Positions 39,758 through 50,588 of a stretch of DNA of 64,000 nt are shown here, one piece after another (the first letter of the stretch is position 1; each line of letters begins with the position of its first letter). The translations under genes were made by a program, and so were the position numbers. The notes under the pieces were generated by a model that was not told where the DNA came from, did not search any database, and worked only from the letters and a program-made list of their open reading frames with translations. This DNA is from an uncultured Pseudomonadales bacterium. GTDB taxonomy: Bacteria; Patescibacteriota; Microgenomatia; UBA1400; PJMF01. The stretch lies in NCBI GenBank assembly GCA_964650185.1, contig CAZYRN010000003.1, forward strand, positions 2,025-66,024. The letters are read 5' to 3'.

Positions 39758-40699
39758 ATGCCTTTAAGCCTAAAATTACTCAGCAAACTGAGCCTTGTTT
39801 TCTTAGCTGGCGTGCTGTTAAGCGGCTGCACTGGCTTAGAACGCAAGAATGTTGGCGGTCTGCAGGTAATCACGGAGAATAGCAGTGCCAGTCTTTTTTT
39901 AGATGGGCAATATCTTGATAAATCGCCCTACATTAATAAATCTATTAAACCAGGCCAGTATACGTTGCGGATTGAGCCAGAGGATAAAAATCTCACTCCT
40001 CACGAAACTCAGGTAGCAATTCGTCGCAGTTTGCTGACAGTGGTCACTTGGAAACCAGGACCCACCGCTGAAACCAGTGGGGGAGTTGTCTATGAGATGG
40101 AGCCGATTCAAAGCCGGCACGGTGAGTTAGTTTTTATTACCATTCCTGATAACGCTTTAGTCAAAGTAGATCAGCAAGAACAACAGTTTTCACCAGTAAC
40201 CATTAAAGATCTTGAACCAGGACTGCATCAGTACGAAATTTTTCTAACTGCCTATGAAACTCAACAGCACTCAATTAACATTTTGGCAGGTCATCGAGTC
40301 ACAGTGACGGCCAAGCTAGCTCGTCTGCCAGAAATTGATCAAGAAACCACTCGCAGTTCCAACACCCCACCAGCATCGAATTCTACTGCTTTAACTGCAG
40401 CCAGCGGTGCCAATGCTACTCAAAGTGCCAGCACCTCTCAAAGTGCCTCTGCTGCGGCCAATCTGGCCGGACGAATTCCTAAACCTAGAGTCACCATTAC
40501 TACCACAAATTATTTTCAGGATGAAGTCGAAGTGCTGCGCGTGAGAGATAAAGCCAGCAATGCCGGGCAGGAAGTAGGTTTGGCAGAGGTTGGAGCAGTT
40601 TATCCTTATGCTGGTGAAACCAGTCAGGGTTGGTATAAAATTAATTTCAACGGCAAACAAGGTTGGGTCAGTACACAATTTTCTCAACTAGAGGAATAG
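39758..40699 (+). CDS. Lipoprotein with PEGA-like repeats and a C-terminal bacterial SH3 domain
   Basis: Lipobox LLSGC. Two PEGA-like segments (GQYTLRIE, GLHQYEIFL). An S/T/A-rich linker. SH3b-like C-terminus (GAVYPYAGETSQGWYKINFNGKQGWVS). Confidence 0.55.
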   Translation: MPLSLKLLSKLSLVFLAGVLLSGCTGLERKNVGGLQVITENSSASLFLDGQYLDKSPYINKSIKPGQYTLRIEPEDKNLTPHETQVAIRRSLLTVVTWKPGPTAETSGGVVYEMEPIQSRHGELVFITIPDNALVKVDQQEQQFSPVTIKDLEPGLHQYEIFLTAYETQQHSINILAGHRVTVTAKLARLPEIDQETTRSSNTPPASNSTALTAASGANATQSASTSQSASAAANLAGRIPKPRVTITTTNYFQDEVEVLRVRDKASNAGQEVGLAEVGAVYPYAGETSQGWYKINFNGKQGWVSTQFSQLEE

Positions 40700-40705
40700 A
40701 TCCTT

Positions 40706-42352
40706 ATGCTAACAGGTGATCGCAAGTATGTGGTAATTTTCTTTGCCTTTTGGATTTTGTATTTTTTTCTATTTTGGTCGCAAGCAATCAAAATTGACCA
40801 ACTCGGTCATGTTATGGTCGGCAGCGTCAACATTTGGGGTGACTGGGCGGCTCACTTTACCATTGGCTCACACTTAGCCGAACAACAGCTACTACCAACT
40901 GCTAGCCCTTTTTTAATAAATCATGCTTTTAGCTATCCATTTTTAGCTGATGCAATTTCGGCTTTTTTAATCAGATTTGGCATGCCGTTTTTCCAAGCTT
41001 TCGTTATTCCTAGTTTTATCTTTTCAGTTGGTTTAGTAGCAGCACTGTATTACTTTTATCAACAGCTTTTTTCTTCTAAAAAATTAGCCATTGCCGCCGC
41101 GTTAGTATTCCTGCTCAATGGCGGTCTAGGTTTTGCTTATTACTTTCAAGATATTGCTAACTCCACTCATCCTTGGCACACTGCTCTTAATCCGCCCCGC
41201 AAGTACACCAATATAGAGCCGTTACACATCAGGTGGATTTCCGTGATAGATAGCATGGTCATTCCACAGCGAGCATTCACACTCGGCTTTCCGCTAGCCT
41301 TAGTCATCTTAACATTGGCTTTTCAGCAAATTGAGGAGAAAAAAGTCGGGTCAAAAAAGTTTTTCCTGACTGCGCTATTATTAGGCATCCTGCCGCTGGC
41401 CCATACACACTCCTTTTTAGCAGTTATCATTATCTTAACCAGTTGGGGCATAGCTGACTTAATCACCAGTCAAAATAAAAAGAAAGCCGCACGGTTTTGG
41501 ATTGGGTTGGGAAGCAGTTCGGCAATTTTGGCCACACCAGTTATTTTGAGCTATTTCTGGAACACAGTCAGTGAGTCGGGCTTTATCAAGTGGTTTCCCG
41601 GTTGGTACGCTTTTGAGTTTGCTGAGTTAGGTTGGTTAGAATTTTGGGTGAAAAATTGGGGAGTAATCCCACTCTTAAGCATCCTTGGCTTGATTCTTTA
41701 TCTGACTCCCCAAGGCAAGTTTAATAAATTCAGAATAGGTCTCTTTGCGCCATTTTTTATAATTTTTATCTTGCTCAATCTATTTTTATTTCAGCCTTTC
41801 ATTTGGGATAACACCAAGCTCTTAGTTTGGGCGGCAGTGGGCATGGCTGGGTTGGCAGCCTATAGCCTGCGCTATCTTTGGCACTGGTGGAAACCGGCTG
41901 CTGTAGTGCTTTTCTTCATCAGTATTTTTGCCGGCTCACTCGATGCTTATCACGTGGTGCGAACTGATCTTAACGCATTTCAAATGTATACTGCTGGTGA
42001 TCTGGAATTAGCAAGCTGGGTCAAAGAAAATACTCCCACCAATTCAATCTGGCTCACCGGCGATCAGCACAATCACTGGCTTTACAATCTGACAGGCCGT
42101 CAATCACTATTGACTTTCCGCGGCTGGCTGTGGACCCATGGCTATAACTACGCTGCTATTGAAGATGATGTCCTTACCATGTACAGCACCCCATTGCAAA
42201 ATCAAGCTTTATTTGAAAAATATGGCGTGGATTACGTCATTATTGGACCCAATGAATTTAATAATTGGCAGGCAAATCAAGATGCTTTTCAAAAATTTCC
42301 TATTGTCAAAGAAAATGAGTACTATCGGATTTACGCCATCTCAACTAACTGA
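40706..42352 (+). CDS. Polytopic membrane protein, GT-C-fold glycosyltransferase-like (putative)
   Basis: 548 aa with ~12 TM helices and extracytoplasmic loops carrying conserved acidic/aromatic residues. Architecture only. Confidence 0.4.
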   Translation: MLTGDRKYVVIFFAFWILYFFLFWSQAIKIDQLGHVMVGSVNIWGDWAAHFTIGSHLAEQQLLPTASPFLINHAFSYPFLADAISAFLIRFGMPFFQAFVIPSFIFSVGLVAALYYFYQQLFSSKKLAIAAALVFLLNGGLGFAYYFQDIANSTHPWHTALNPPRKYTNIEPLHIRWISVIDSMVIPQRAFTLGFPLALVILTLAFQQIEEKKVGSKKFFLTALLLGILPLAHTHSFLAVIIILTSWGIADLITSQNKKKAARFWIGLGSSSAILATPVILSYFWNTVSESGFIKWFPGWYAFEFAELGWLEFWVKNWGVIPLLSILGLILYLTPQGKFNKFRIGLFAPFFIIFILLNLFLFQPFIWDNTKLLVWAAVGMAGLAAYSLRYLWHWWKPAAVVLFFISIFAGSLDAYHVVRTDLNAFQMYTAGDLELASWVKENTPTNSIWLTGDQHNHWLYNLTGRQSLLTFRGWLWTHGYNYAAIEDDVLTMYSTPLQNQALFEKYGVDYVIIGPNEFNNWQANQDAFQKFPIVKENEYYRIYAISTN

Positions 42353-42984
42353 ATAAACTCAGTTGCATCAAGACTGGCCGTGCCTACCAACACCCCATCG
42401 CTGACCGCGGTATAGTCCATCACATTAGCTGGAGTGACGCTGCCGCCATATAAGACAAACACTTCACCAAAGAGCTGGATAATTCTGTCTTTCATCTCCG
42501 AGACTTCTGCCACCGGTACATTTTCTCCTGAGCCAATCGCAGCCACTGGTTCAAAAGCTACCAGACATTGAGCTAACTGGTCATCAGCAATCGCCGCCGC
42601 TTGCTCGGCGAGATAACCTGTATCAACACAAACAATGGGGGTAAGTCCATTTTGCAAAGCTTGGTCTACTTTCCGCGCTACCTCTTGAGAGGTTTCGTGA
42701 AAATATTGACGTCTTTCTGAATGACCAAGTAGCGCATATTTCACCCCCAGTCCGATTAAGTTGTGCGCTGCCACAGCACCAGTGTAGCTGCCAGCCGCAT
42801 AGGGGCTTAAATCCTGAACGGCTGCAGAAATAGTGGGTGGGACTAAGTGCAAAAAAGGGTAGGGTGGGGCCACAATTAGTTCGCTGTCCGGATGAGCTGA
42901 TGGATACTCAGCCAAAGTTTTCAGCCAGCTTTCAGCCTCTGATAAATTCTTATTTGCTTTCCAGTTTGCCACCACATATTTCAT
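42331..42984 (-). CDS. tpiA: Triosephosphate isomerase (short form)
   Basis: VVANWKAN, GHSERR, AFEPVAAIGSG, YGGSV. 217 aa. Confidence 0.85.
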   Translation of the reverse strand: MKYVVANWKANKNLSEAESWLKTLAEYPSAHPDSELIVAPPYPFLHLVPPTISAAVQDLSPYAAGSYTGAVAAHNLIGLGVKYALLGHSERRQYFHETSQEVARKVDQALQNGLTPIVCVDTGYLAEQAAAIADDQLAQCLVAFEPVAAIGSGENVPVAEVSEMKDRIIQLFGEVFVLYGGSVTPANVMDYTAVSDGVLVGTASLDATEFIQLVEMA

Positions 42985-43033
42985 AAGTTTCTCCCTCTAT
43001 TACTATATCATTGATCATCAGCTTTATGTTACC

Positions 43034-44938
43034 ATGTGGAACGTGTCACAACTGCTCACTCAACTCAACAGCCAACAACAACAAGCCGTCATTCACGCCG
43101 AGGGACCTGCGGTCATTTTGGCTGGTGCCGGCTCAGGTAAAACCAGAGTTTTAACCTCTCGGGTCGCTTGGCTATTGGAACAAAAGTTGGCAACACCCGA
43201 ACAGATTCTCCTAGTCACTTTTACGAATAAAGCAGCTCAAGAAATGAATCAAAGAGTGGAAAAATTAGCCGGCACCAGATTGCCATTTTCCGGTACTTTT
43301 CACCGTATTTGTGCCTTAATTTTAAGACGACATGGCCACCACCTGCACCTCAGTCCCAATTACACCATTTACGACTCTCAAGATCAGGATGCACTAATTA
43401 AAAGCATTTACAAAGATAAGGGTTTTGATAACAAAAAATACAATTGGCGAGTGGTGCAATCACAAATTTCCCAGGCAAAAAATAACATGCTAACTTACAA
43501 TGATCTAGCTGATCAAGCGGCTTCTGAATTTGATGAGCATGTGGTCCGCGTCTATCAACTCTATCAGCGCCAGTTGCGCCAAAATCAAGCTGTTGATTTT
43601 GATGATCTGCTTTTGGAAACAGTGCGGTTGTTTACAGAAATTGATCAAGTGGCACAGCTCTATCAAGACCAATTTTCTCATGTGCTGGTGGATGAGTATC
43701 AGGATACGAACACTGCGCAGTATCAACTGACAAAACACCTCGCCTTGCCGCAGAATAATGTCTATGTCGTGGGGGATTTTTCCCAAAGCATTTATGCCTG
43801 GAGAGGTGCTGACTACCGCAATTTGCAGCACTTGAAAACAGAGTTTCCACAAATTAAAGAGTACCGGCTAGAACAAAATTACCGCTCCACTCAAGCTATT
43901 TTAGATGCTGCCACTCAAGTCATCTCACAAAACACGGGGCATCCCATTCTTTCACTTTGGACAGAAAAAACTGAGTTTCAGCCCATTACTTTATTAGAAA
44001 ACAGCGACAATGATACTGAAGCCAGCAATATTTTGCATGAGATTAAGTATCGATTGCAGGATTATGAGTATCGGGATATTGCAATTTTATATCGGGTCAA
44101 TGCTCAGTCGCGATCATTTGAAGAGGCTTGTGTACACTTAGGCATACCTTACCAGTTGGTGGGAGGCTTTAAATTCTATGAAAGAGCTGAGGTAAAGGAT
44201 GTCTTAGCCTACTTAAGAGTGCTGTTAAATCCGGTAGACTTAGTTAGTGTGCAGCGGCTGCAAAAACTTGGTAAGCGGCGTTATCAAAAGTTCCATCAGT
44301 GGGCTCAAAAACAAGCTGCACCCCTGACACCTTTGCAGGCATTGGAAGAAATATTACGAGTTACCGGCTATTTGGAAAAATATGATGAAGAAGATCCTCA
44401 GGATCAAGCTAGAATTGAAAACATTCAAGAGCTGCTCAATGTCTCCTCACAGTTCCAAGATATTGCTACTTTTTTGGAAAACGTAGCTTTAGTCCAAGAT
44501 AAACAGCTGGCAGATGTTGAAAACAGCAATGGCCAGAATGCCATCTCGATGATGAGTCTGCACTCAGCCAAAGGCCTAGAATTTCCAGTGGTGTTTTTAG
44601 TCGGTTTAGAGGAAGGGCTGCTGCCACACTCCCGCTCTGTTTATGATCCAGATCAATTAGAAGAAGAAAGAAGGCTCTGCTACGTGGGCATTACTCGAGC
44701 ACAGGAAAAACTGTACCTGTCTTATGCGCGCAAGCGCTGGCAGTATGGCAGCAGCAGTCAAACCTTGCCCAGCCGGTTTATTAGCGAAATCAACAGTAGC
44801 TTAATTAAACGGGTGCGAGTCGGAGAAAAGGGTTACTCTGCCACTGATGCAACTAAGCGCCGGCTAGTGATCGATGATGAAGCCTTAGACTCAGTCTTGG
44901 CAGGAGAGATGGATCTTGACGCGTTCCTCGACTCTTAA
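43034..44938 (+). CDS. uvrD: UvrD/PcrA-family ATP-dependent DNA helicase
   Basis: SF1 motifs: AGAGSGKTRVL (I), VDEYQDTN (II), YRST, and a helicase C-terminal domain. 634 aa. Confidence 0.9.
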   Translation: MWNVSQLLTQLNSQQQQAVIHAEGPAVILAGAGSGKTRVLTSRVAWLLEQKLATPEQILLVTFTNKAAQEMNQRVEKLAGTRLPFSGTFHRICALILRRHGHHLHLSPNYTIYDSQDQDALIKSIYKDKGFDNKKYNWRVVQSQISQAKNNMLTYNDLADQAASEFDEHVVRVYQLYQRQLRQNQAVDFDDLLLETVRLFTEIDQVAQLYQDQFSHVLVDEYQDTNTAQYQLTKHLALPQNNVYVVGDFSQSIYAWRGADYRNLQHLKTEFPQIKEYRLEQNYRSTQAILDAATQVISQNTGHPILSLWTEKTEFQPITLLENSDNDTEASNILHEIKYRLQDYEYRDIAILYRVNAQSRSFEEACVHLGIPYQLVGGFKFYERAEVKDVLAYLRVLLNPVDLVSVQRLQKLGKRRYQKFHQWAQKQAAPLTPLQALEEILRVTGYLEKYDEEDPQDQARIENIQELLNVSSQFQDIATFLENVALVQDKQLADVENSNGQNAISMMSLHSAKGLEFPVVFLVGLEEGLLPHSRSVYDPDQLEEERRLCYVGITRAQEKLYLSYARKRWQYGSSSQTLPSRFISEINSSLIKRVRVGEKGYSATDATKRRLVIDDEALDSVLAGEMDLDAFLDS

Positions 44939-44963
44939 CTTTAACTAAACTATAATCAAACTT

Positions 44964-46001
44964 ATGCTAATCAGAGCCATTAGAGCTGAAGAAAAAGATC
45001 TTTACAATCGGGTAGTCAGCCATCCTCTTCAATCTTGGGAGTGGGGTGAGTTTCGCCAAGAAACAGGTGTCAATACCGCCCGTGTAGGTTTTTTTGACAA
45101 TGGTCAGCTAAAAAAAGGCATTCAAGTCACTTTTCATCAGCTGCCAGTTCCTGGTTTCAACCAAGTTGTCGGCTACTGTCCTCGAGGATTTATGCCCGAT
45201 GACGAACAGTTGTCAGCCCTGAAACAGTTGGGCCAAGCTCATCGTGCTTTATTTATTAAACTGGAACCGAATGTAGCTCAGGAAGTCGGCATTCCATCAG
45301 GACATAAAAAAATTGCCCAGTTTTTGATCAATAAAGGTGCCCAACCAGGGCGACCGCTCTTCACCAAATATACCTTTCACCTTGATCTAACTAAACCTGA
45401 AGATGAACTCTTTGCAGGCTTACAAAGTAAGACTCGTTACAATGTTAACTTAGCTTACAAAAAAGGCGTGAAAATTTTTGAAAATACTTCTGCTGAGGGG
45501 ATGGAGCAGTATATTTCTATCTTAGAAGAAACTATGAAACGGCAGGGATTTTACGCCCATACTCCTGAATATTTTAGGAAAATGTGGGCCAAGCTCGGCG
45601 ACTCAGGCATGCTGAGAATTTTCAACGCAGTTTACGAAGACACCATTATTGTGTCCTGGATTATGTTCGTTTTTAACGGCGTGATTTACTACCCCTATGG
45701 CTCATCCCGAGATCTGCATCGCGACGTCATGGCTAGTAATTTGATGATGTGGGAGATGATTAGATTTGGTAAGGAAATTGGCTGTCATACCTTTGATATG
45801 TGGGGCTCACTCGGGCCTGAGCCAGATAAAAAACACGCTTGGTTCGGTTTTCACCGATTTAAAAAAGGGTATGGAGGCAAATTAATGGAGTTTGTCGGCA
45901 CTTATGATCTCGTGCTGAACGAGCCTATTTACCGGTTGTACCGAATCGCCGAAGATTTACGCTGGAAAGTCTTGCGACTCAGAGCCAGATTGCCCTTCTA
46001 A
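44964..46001 (+). CDS. FemAB-family peptidoglycan interpeptide-bridge aminoacyltransferase
   Basis: PF02388-like regions (KTRYNVNLAYKKGVK; GNAT-like fold halves). Consistent with cell-wall branch synthesis. Confidence 0.6.
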   Translation: MLIRAIRAEEKDLYNRVVSHPLQSWEWGEFRQETGVNTARVGFFDNGQLKKGIQVTFHQLPVPGFNQVVGYCPRGFMPDDEQLSALKQLGQAHRALFIKLEPNVAQEVGIPSGHKKIAQFLINKGAQPGRPLFTKYTFHLDLTKPEDELFAGLQSKTRYNVNLAYKKGVKIFENTSAEGMEQYISILEETMKRQGFYAHTPEYFRKMWAKLGDSGMLRIFNAVYEDTIIVSWIMFVFNGVIYYPYGSSRDLHRDVMASNLMMWEMIRFGKEIGCHTFDMWGSLGPEPDKKHAWFGFHRFKKGYGGKLMEFVGTYDLVLNEPIYRLYRIAEDLRWKVLRLRARLPF

Positions 46002-46026
46002 AATAATTATCGTATCATCAATAACA

Positions 46027-46392
46027 ATGACAAATTCAAACGGCAACTCATTTCTCACTAAAGCAACCATTTTTTTAGTCAAAAGATTTGGCTCCTGGTA
46101 CAGCGTTTTATTTCATACGATAATTTTTGTTGGCTGGTTTTTACTGAAGTTGGAACTTGAGGTATTGTTAGTGTTGGTGTCCCTGGAGGCGATCTACATT
46201 GGTATCTTTATTTTGATGGCCGAAAATGTGGAAGCAGAGCAGAAAGAAAGGCGATTACAGCGCCAACGAGCCAAAGATAATCAGATCATTAAGGAAGATG
46301 CAAAGATTGATGAGCAATCACTATCACACATCAAAACTTTACGAAAAGAAATTAAAGACATTAAAGAAGGACTCAAACTACCCAATCAGTAG
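46027..46392 (+). CDS. DUF1003-family membrane protein
   Basis: FGSW motif followed by two TM helices and a charged C-terminal helix (MAENVEAEQKERR), typical of DUF1003. Confidence 0.45.
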   Translation: MTNSNGNSFLTKATIFLVKRFGSWYSVLFHTIIFVGWFLLKLELEVLLVLVSLEAIYIGIFILMAENVEAEQKERRLQRQRAKDNQIIKEDAKIDEQSLSHIKTLRKEIKDIKEGLKLPNQ

Positions 46393-46425
46393 CTGTGGGT
46401 GAATTACTTAAATAGAGGAGAACAC

Positions 46426-47490
46426 ATGCGCACTTTCGGCATTAATGGATTTGGCAGAATTGGCAGAATTAGCTGTCGAGTTTGGTGGCAGCACTACCAA
46501 GACCAGTTAGATTTAAAAATGATCAACACTTCAGGCTCGATGGAGCTGGAAGAGTGGGCCCATCTGCTGAAGTACGACTCCAACTATGGTACATTTGCAG
46601 CCGAAATTTCCACTGATCGTCACCAATCTAAAGAAGACGTCACAGATGAGAACCCAGTTTTGGGAACGCTAACTATCACCTCAGCTGGCCGCTCTGCGAC
46701 GATAGTCGTGACTGCTCAGCGTGATCCCAATAAATTGCCTTGGGCGGCTCATGATGTTGAAGTAGTGCTGGAAAGCACCGGTGCTTTTAACACTGAAGAA
46801 AAGGCTGCTCAGCACCTCAATGGCGGGGCTAAATTTGTCATGCTATCTGCACCTGCTAAGGATGGTGATGTAAGCTCCTCAGTCAAGGGAGTGAATAGTT
46901 TTGAACCAGGAAAAAAGATTTTATCCAATGTCTCTTGTACCACCAACAGCGTCGCGCCAGTGATGCAGGTGATTGATCAAGTTTTTGGCATCGAAAAAGC
47001 TATGCTTACTACCATTCATTCTTATACTGATAATCAAAATACCTTAGATAACTCGCATAAAGATCTGCGCCGGGGCAGAACAGCTGCTAAAAACATTATT
47101 CCCACTACCACCGGAGCGGCTAAAGCTACCTGTAAAGTTATGCCTCAACTGCAAAATAGATTTGATGGCATGGCAATGCGTGTTCCCACTTCAGTTGGCT
47201 CAATTTCTGATTTAGTGTTTTTAACCAAACAAGAAACCACTGTGGCGGCAGTTAATGAGGCCCTGATTAATGCTGCTGCTCAGCCTCAGTGGCAAGGTAT
47301 CCTGGCAGTCACTGATGAACCAATTGTCTCATCAGACATTGTCGGCAGATCCGAGTCAGCCATTGTTGATTTGAGCTTTACCATGGTTGTCGCCGGTAAC
47401 CTGGTTAAGATTTTAAGCTGGTATGACAATGAGTGGGGCTATAGTCACCGCTTGATGGATCAAATTCAAGCTATTCCTACAGTTGGCTAA
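46426..47490 (+). CDS. gap: Type I glyceraldehyde-3-phosphate dehydrogenase
   Basis: NAD-binding INGFGRIGR, catalytic SCTTNS, and the C-terminal WYDNEWGYS. ATG at 46426 with an AGAGGAG RBS is preferred over the GTG at 46399. Confidence 0.9.
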   Translation: MRTFGINGFGRIGRISCRVWWQHYQDQLDLKMINTSGSMELEEWAHLLKYDSNYGTFAAEISTDRHQSKEDVTDENPVLGTLTITSAGRSATIVVTAQRDPNKLPWAAHDVEVVLESTGAFNTEEKAAQHLNGGAKFVMLSAPAKDGDVSSSVKGVNSFEPGKKILSNVSCTTNSVAPVMQVIDQVFGIEKAMLTTIHSYTDNQNTLDNSHKDLRRGRTAAKNIIPTTTGAAKATCKVMPQLQNRFDGMAMRVPTSVGSISDLVFLTKQETTVAAVNEALINAAAQPQWQGILAVTDEPIVSSDIVGRSESAIVDLSFTMVVAGNLVKILSWYDNEWGYSHRLMDQIQAIPTVG

Positions 47491-47515
47491 AACTAGTTGT
47501 GCTTGAATTAGTCGT

Positions 47516-49036
47516 GTGCTGGCCCGAACCTACACTGCCACTATTCGTGGTTTAACTCCGATTAAAATTGAAGTGGAAGTCGTCAGCACGCGCGGTACTC
47601 CCAACTTGATTATCATTGGTTTGCCTGGCAGAGCAGTAGAAGAGGCAAAAGAACGCATTACCGCAGCCTTGCTGAAATGCGGCATCCGCATCAGAAGCCG
47701 CCGCACCATCGTTAACCTTGCTCCGGCAGATATTAGTAAAAATGACTCAGTGTTTGAGCTAGCCATTGCCGTGGGCATGATGAAAATGTACGGTGAGATT
47801 AAAATTAACACCGCTCACACCATCTTCTTTGGCGAACTATCATTAAATGGTGAGCTCAAACCGATTCGCGGGGCACTGCCTCTAGTACTGGCAGCCCAGC
47901 AAATGGGGTTTAAAAAAATAGTGCTGCCAGCACAAAATGCGACCGAAGTAGCGATGGTTCAGCAACTGACAATTCATCCGCTCCAACACTTACAGGAGTT
48001 TATAAACTATGCTCGCGGGCAAGCTTCTTTACCAATCTTAACTCCACGCCAGCTTGATCTAAGCCAGGCGGCCGCGGAGCGACTAGATTATGCTGATATT
48101 CATGGTCAAGTTGGAGCGAAAAGAGCTTTGGAGATAGCGGCGGCAGGCGGTCATAACTTACTGATGATTGGACCACCCGGCGCCGGCAAAAGTCTCCTCG
48201 CTAAAACTTTACCCACCATTCTGCCGCCGCTGACAACTGCTGAAGCGCTAGAGATTAACTCTATTTATTCCATTGCTGGCTTAAACAATCAGCAGTTTCT
48301 CACGCACCGCCCTTTCCGTGCTCCCCATCACACCATTTCCAAAGCAGGTTTAGTTGGTGGCGGACCGCGGCTCCTGCCTGGCGAGCTATCTTTATCACAT
48401 CGGGGCGTGCTTTTTATGGATGAACTTACCGAGTTTTCCAGTCCGCTGTTAGAAACGCTTCGCCAGCCTCTAGAAGATAGTCAAATCACAATTACCAGAG
48501 CTGCTGGTTCACAAACCTTTCCTGCTGCTTTTACCTTAGTTTCAGCCGCCAATCCCTGCCGCTGTGGCTGGTACGGCTCAGCTGCACACGCTTGTCGTTG
48601 TTCACCTTTTCAGTTACAGCAGTATCAGCAAAAATTGTCTGGACCAATTTTAGATCGAATTGATCTCATCATTAATATCAAACCAATTTCGCTCCAACAA
48701 TTAACGCTTTCATCTGCCACTGCCCAAAGCTCTTCGTCGGAATCTTCCGCTGTGATCAGAACTCGAGTTATAGCAGCCCGAAATATGCAAACCTTAGCTC
48801 TAGCAAAAACTGGAGTTTTAACCAATGCGGAGTTGAGTTCTAAACAATGCCGACAGCTATTAAAATTGGTGCCCGCTGCGCATAAATTGCTCATTAAAGC
48901 TGCTGCTGAACTGCAACTCTCAGCCAGAAGTTATTACAAAGTTATGAAAGTGAGCCAAACAATTGCTCAGTTAGCGGGAGAAAAGTTGATCCAAACAGAT
49001 CATTTAGCTGAAGCACTGCAGTATCGCGCTAGATAA
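47516..49036 (+). CDS. comM: YifB/ComM-family Mg-chelatase-like AAA+ ATPase
   Basis: N-terminal Lon-like domain and AAA+ Walker A GPPGAGKS. Typical ComM length. Confidence 0.8.
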   Translation: MLARTYTATIRGLTPIKIEVEVVSTRGTPNLIIIGLPGRAVEEAKERITAALLKCGIRIRSRRTIVNLAPADISKNDSVFELAIAVGMMKMYGEIKINTAHTIFFGELSLNGELKPIRGALPLVLAAQQMGFKKIVLPAQNATEVAMVQQLTIHPLQHLQEFINYARGQASLPILTPRQLDLSQAAAERLDYADIHGQVGAKRALEIAAAGGHNLLMIGPPGAGKSLLAKTLPTILPPLTTAEALEINSIYSIAGLNNQQFLTHRPFRAPHHTISKAGLVGGGPRLLPGELSLSHRGVLFMDELTEFSSPLLETLRQPLEDSQITITRAAGSQTFPAAFTLVSAANPCRCGWYGSAAHACRCSPFQLQQYQQKLSGPILDRIDLIINIKPISLQQLTLSSATAQSSSSESSAVIRTRVIAARNMQTLALAKTGVLTNAELSSKQCRQLLKLVPAAHKLLIKAAAELQLSARSYYKVMKVSQTIAQLAGEKLIQTDHLAEALQYRAR

Positions 49037-49811
49037 TAATTAAGACCGCTACACCTGCTAACAAACAATAAATACCAAAAATTCTTAATTTTGATTTCTC
49101 AATAACGAGTCGGAGCAGATACAAGCTAGCAAGCCCCACTACAAATGACATTACAAAACCAAATGCCCAGGGTAAAACCGCAATCGTTACATCTTGCTGG
49201 AGCGCTTCAATTAATTGAAGTATCATTGCGCCGATGATAACTGGCACTGACATGATGAATGAAAACTTAAAGGCTTGCCGGCGATCAATTCCCTGAATAA
49301 TACTGCCAAGCACCGTTGATCCTGATCTAGAAATTCCTGGTATTAAAGCAACAGCTTGAAATAAACCTACTACCAGCGCTTGCTGAACAGTATATGACTG
49401 CACAGTTTGACTAGACTGAGCACTCTGAACTGCAGTCTGATCCCGCTGAGTTAGTTTTTGATCGCTGATTAAATTCATCAACCCTGTAACCAACAGCGCA
49501 CCACCCACAATTACCTCAAGATTAAAAATCTGCGTCAAGATATCCCCAAACAAGAGTCCGACCAGTGCGGCGGGAATGGCACTGACCAAAATCAATCTGA
49601 CTTCATGCAGAGACAACGAGATTAATTCCCGCCAAAAAAATATCATTACCGCCAGTAAAGTTCCGGCATGTAAAAAGACACTAAACAAGAGATCTGATTC
49701 CACCCAACCCATAAAATATTGCGCCATCACCAAATGGCCAGAACTGGAAATGGGCAAAAATTCAGCCACACCCTGAATTAAACCCAGAATAAGAGCTTGG
49801 GCTATATTCAT
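49029..49811 (-). CDS. uppP: Undecaprenyl-diphosphate phosphatase
   Basis: BacA/UppP N-terminus (IQGVAEFLPISSSGHLV) and 8 TM helices. Confidence 0.85.
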   Translation of the reverse strand: MNIAQALILGLIQGVAEFLPISSSGHLVMAQYFMGWVESDLLFSVFLHAGTLLAVMIFFWRELISLSLHEVRLILVSAIPAALVGLLFGDILTQIFNLEVIVGGALLVTGLMNLISDQKLTQRDQTAVQSAQSSQTVQSYTVQQALVVGLFQAVALIPGISRSGSTVLGSIIQGIDRRQAFKFSFIMSVPVIIGAMILQLIEALQQDVTIAVLPWAFGFVMSFVVGLASLYLLRLVIEKSKLRIFGIYCLLAGVAVLIII

Positions 49812-49817
49812 AAAATT

Positions 49818-50507
49818 TTATTTTTTCTTGACTTCTTTAGAGGTCTGATCGTACCAATTTCGCAGCACCTCTCTGACCACATCCTGACCGCCTAGTCCTA
49901 AAGCTAGAGCCAACCCCAAGGAGAGCATAGAAACAAATCCGATGAAGATGACCATGATGAACTCGCTGGCAATTCTTAACTCATTAATTGCTGCCAGGAC
50001 AAAGATAATCATGACCAAATAGCTTGAGACTCTGCCTAGTAACCGTGCACTTTTGCCGTCAATACTTCGAATTGAACCTTTGACTAAGCTTTCCACCACT
50101 CCCGCCACCAGCACCCCAAAGAAGAGGACTAAAATTGACGAAATGATATGGGGAATGTAGTTGATAACTCGATCTAAAACACCGCTCAAAGAGGATAGTC
50201 CTAGCACAGAAACCGTCGTGTGAATAACCACCAGCATTAGCAGCCAATAGACAATGCTGCCCAAAACTCCTTCAATCTTTTCACCAAATTCTGCGTTGGC
50301 AAAAAAATGTTCCACCGGGGTATTTTTAATCCAGCTGGAAACTTTGACTGTTTCCAAAAGTTTAACCACCACTTTCTTTAAACCACGTGCCAAAGCAGCC
50401 CCAATAATCAAGATTAAAATAGCGGCAATGAGCCGAGGAAGATAAGAGGAAATTTCCGACACAGTTTCGACTGTCATGAGTTGTAATGAGTTATAAAACT
50501 CTGGCAT
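49818..50507 (-). CDS. Membrane protein with repeated TM-helix modules (possible small mechanosensitive-channel-like)
   Basis: 229 aa with 5-6 TM helices and no catalytic motifs. Confidence 0.35.
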   Translation of the reverse strand: MPEFYNSLQLMTVETVSEISSYLPRLIAAILILIIGAALARGLKKVVVKLLETVKVSSWIKNTPVEHFFANAEFGEKIEGVLGSIVYWLLMLVVIHTTVSVLGLSSLSGVLDRVINYIPHIISSILVLFFGVLVAGVVESLVKGSIRSIDGKSARLLGRVSSYLVMIIFVLAAINELRIASEFIMVIFIGFVSMLSLGLALALGLGGQDVVREVLRNWYDQTSKEVKKK

Positions 50508-50548
50508 AGATTCCTCCTTTTATTACTCTTCATTATAAGCTTATCATA

Positions 50549-50578
50549 CACAAAAGCGTAGAGTGGAATGCTCTACGC
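50549..50578 (-). terminator. Rho-independent terminator of rnpB (GCGTAGAG-N7-CTCTACGC + U-run on the minus strand)
   Basis: 8-bp stem seen directly. A T-run follows on the transcribed (minus) strand. Confidence 0.55.
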
Positions 50579-50588
50579 CTTTGAAAAA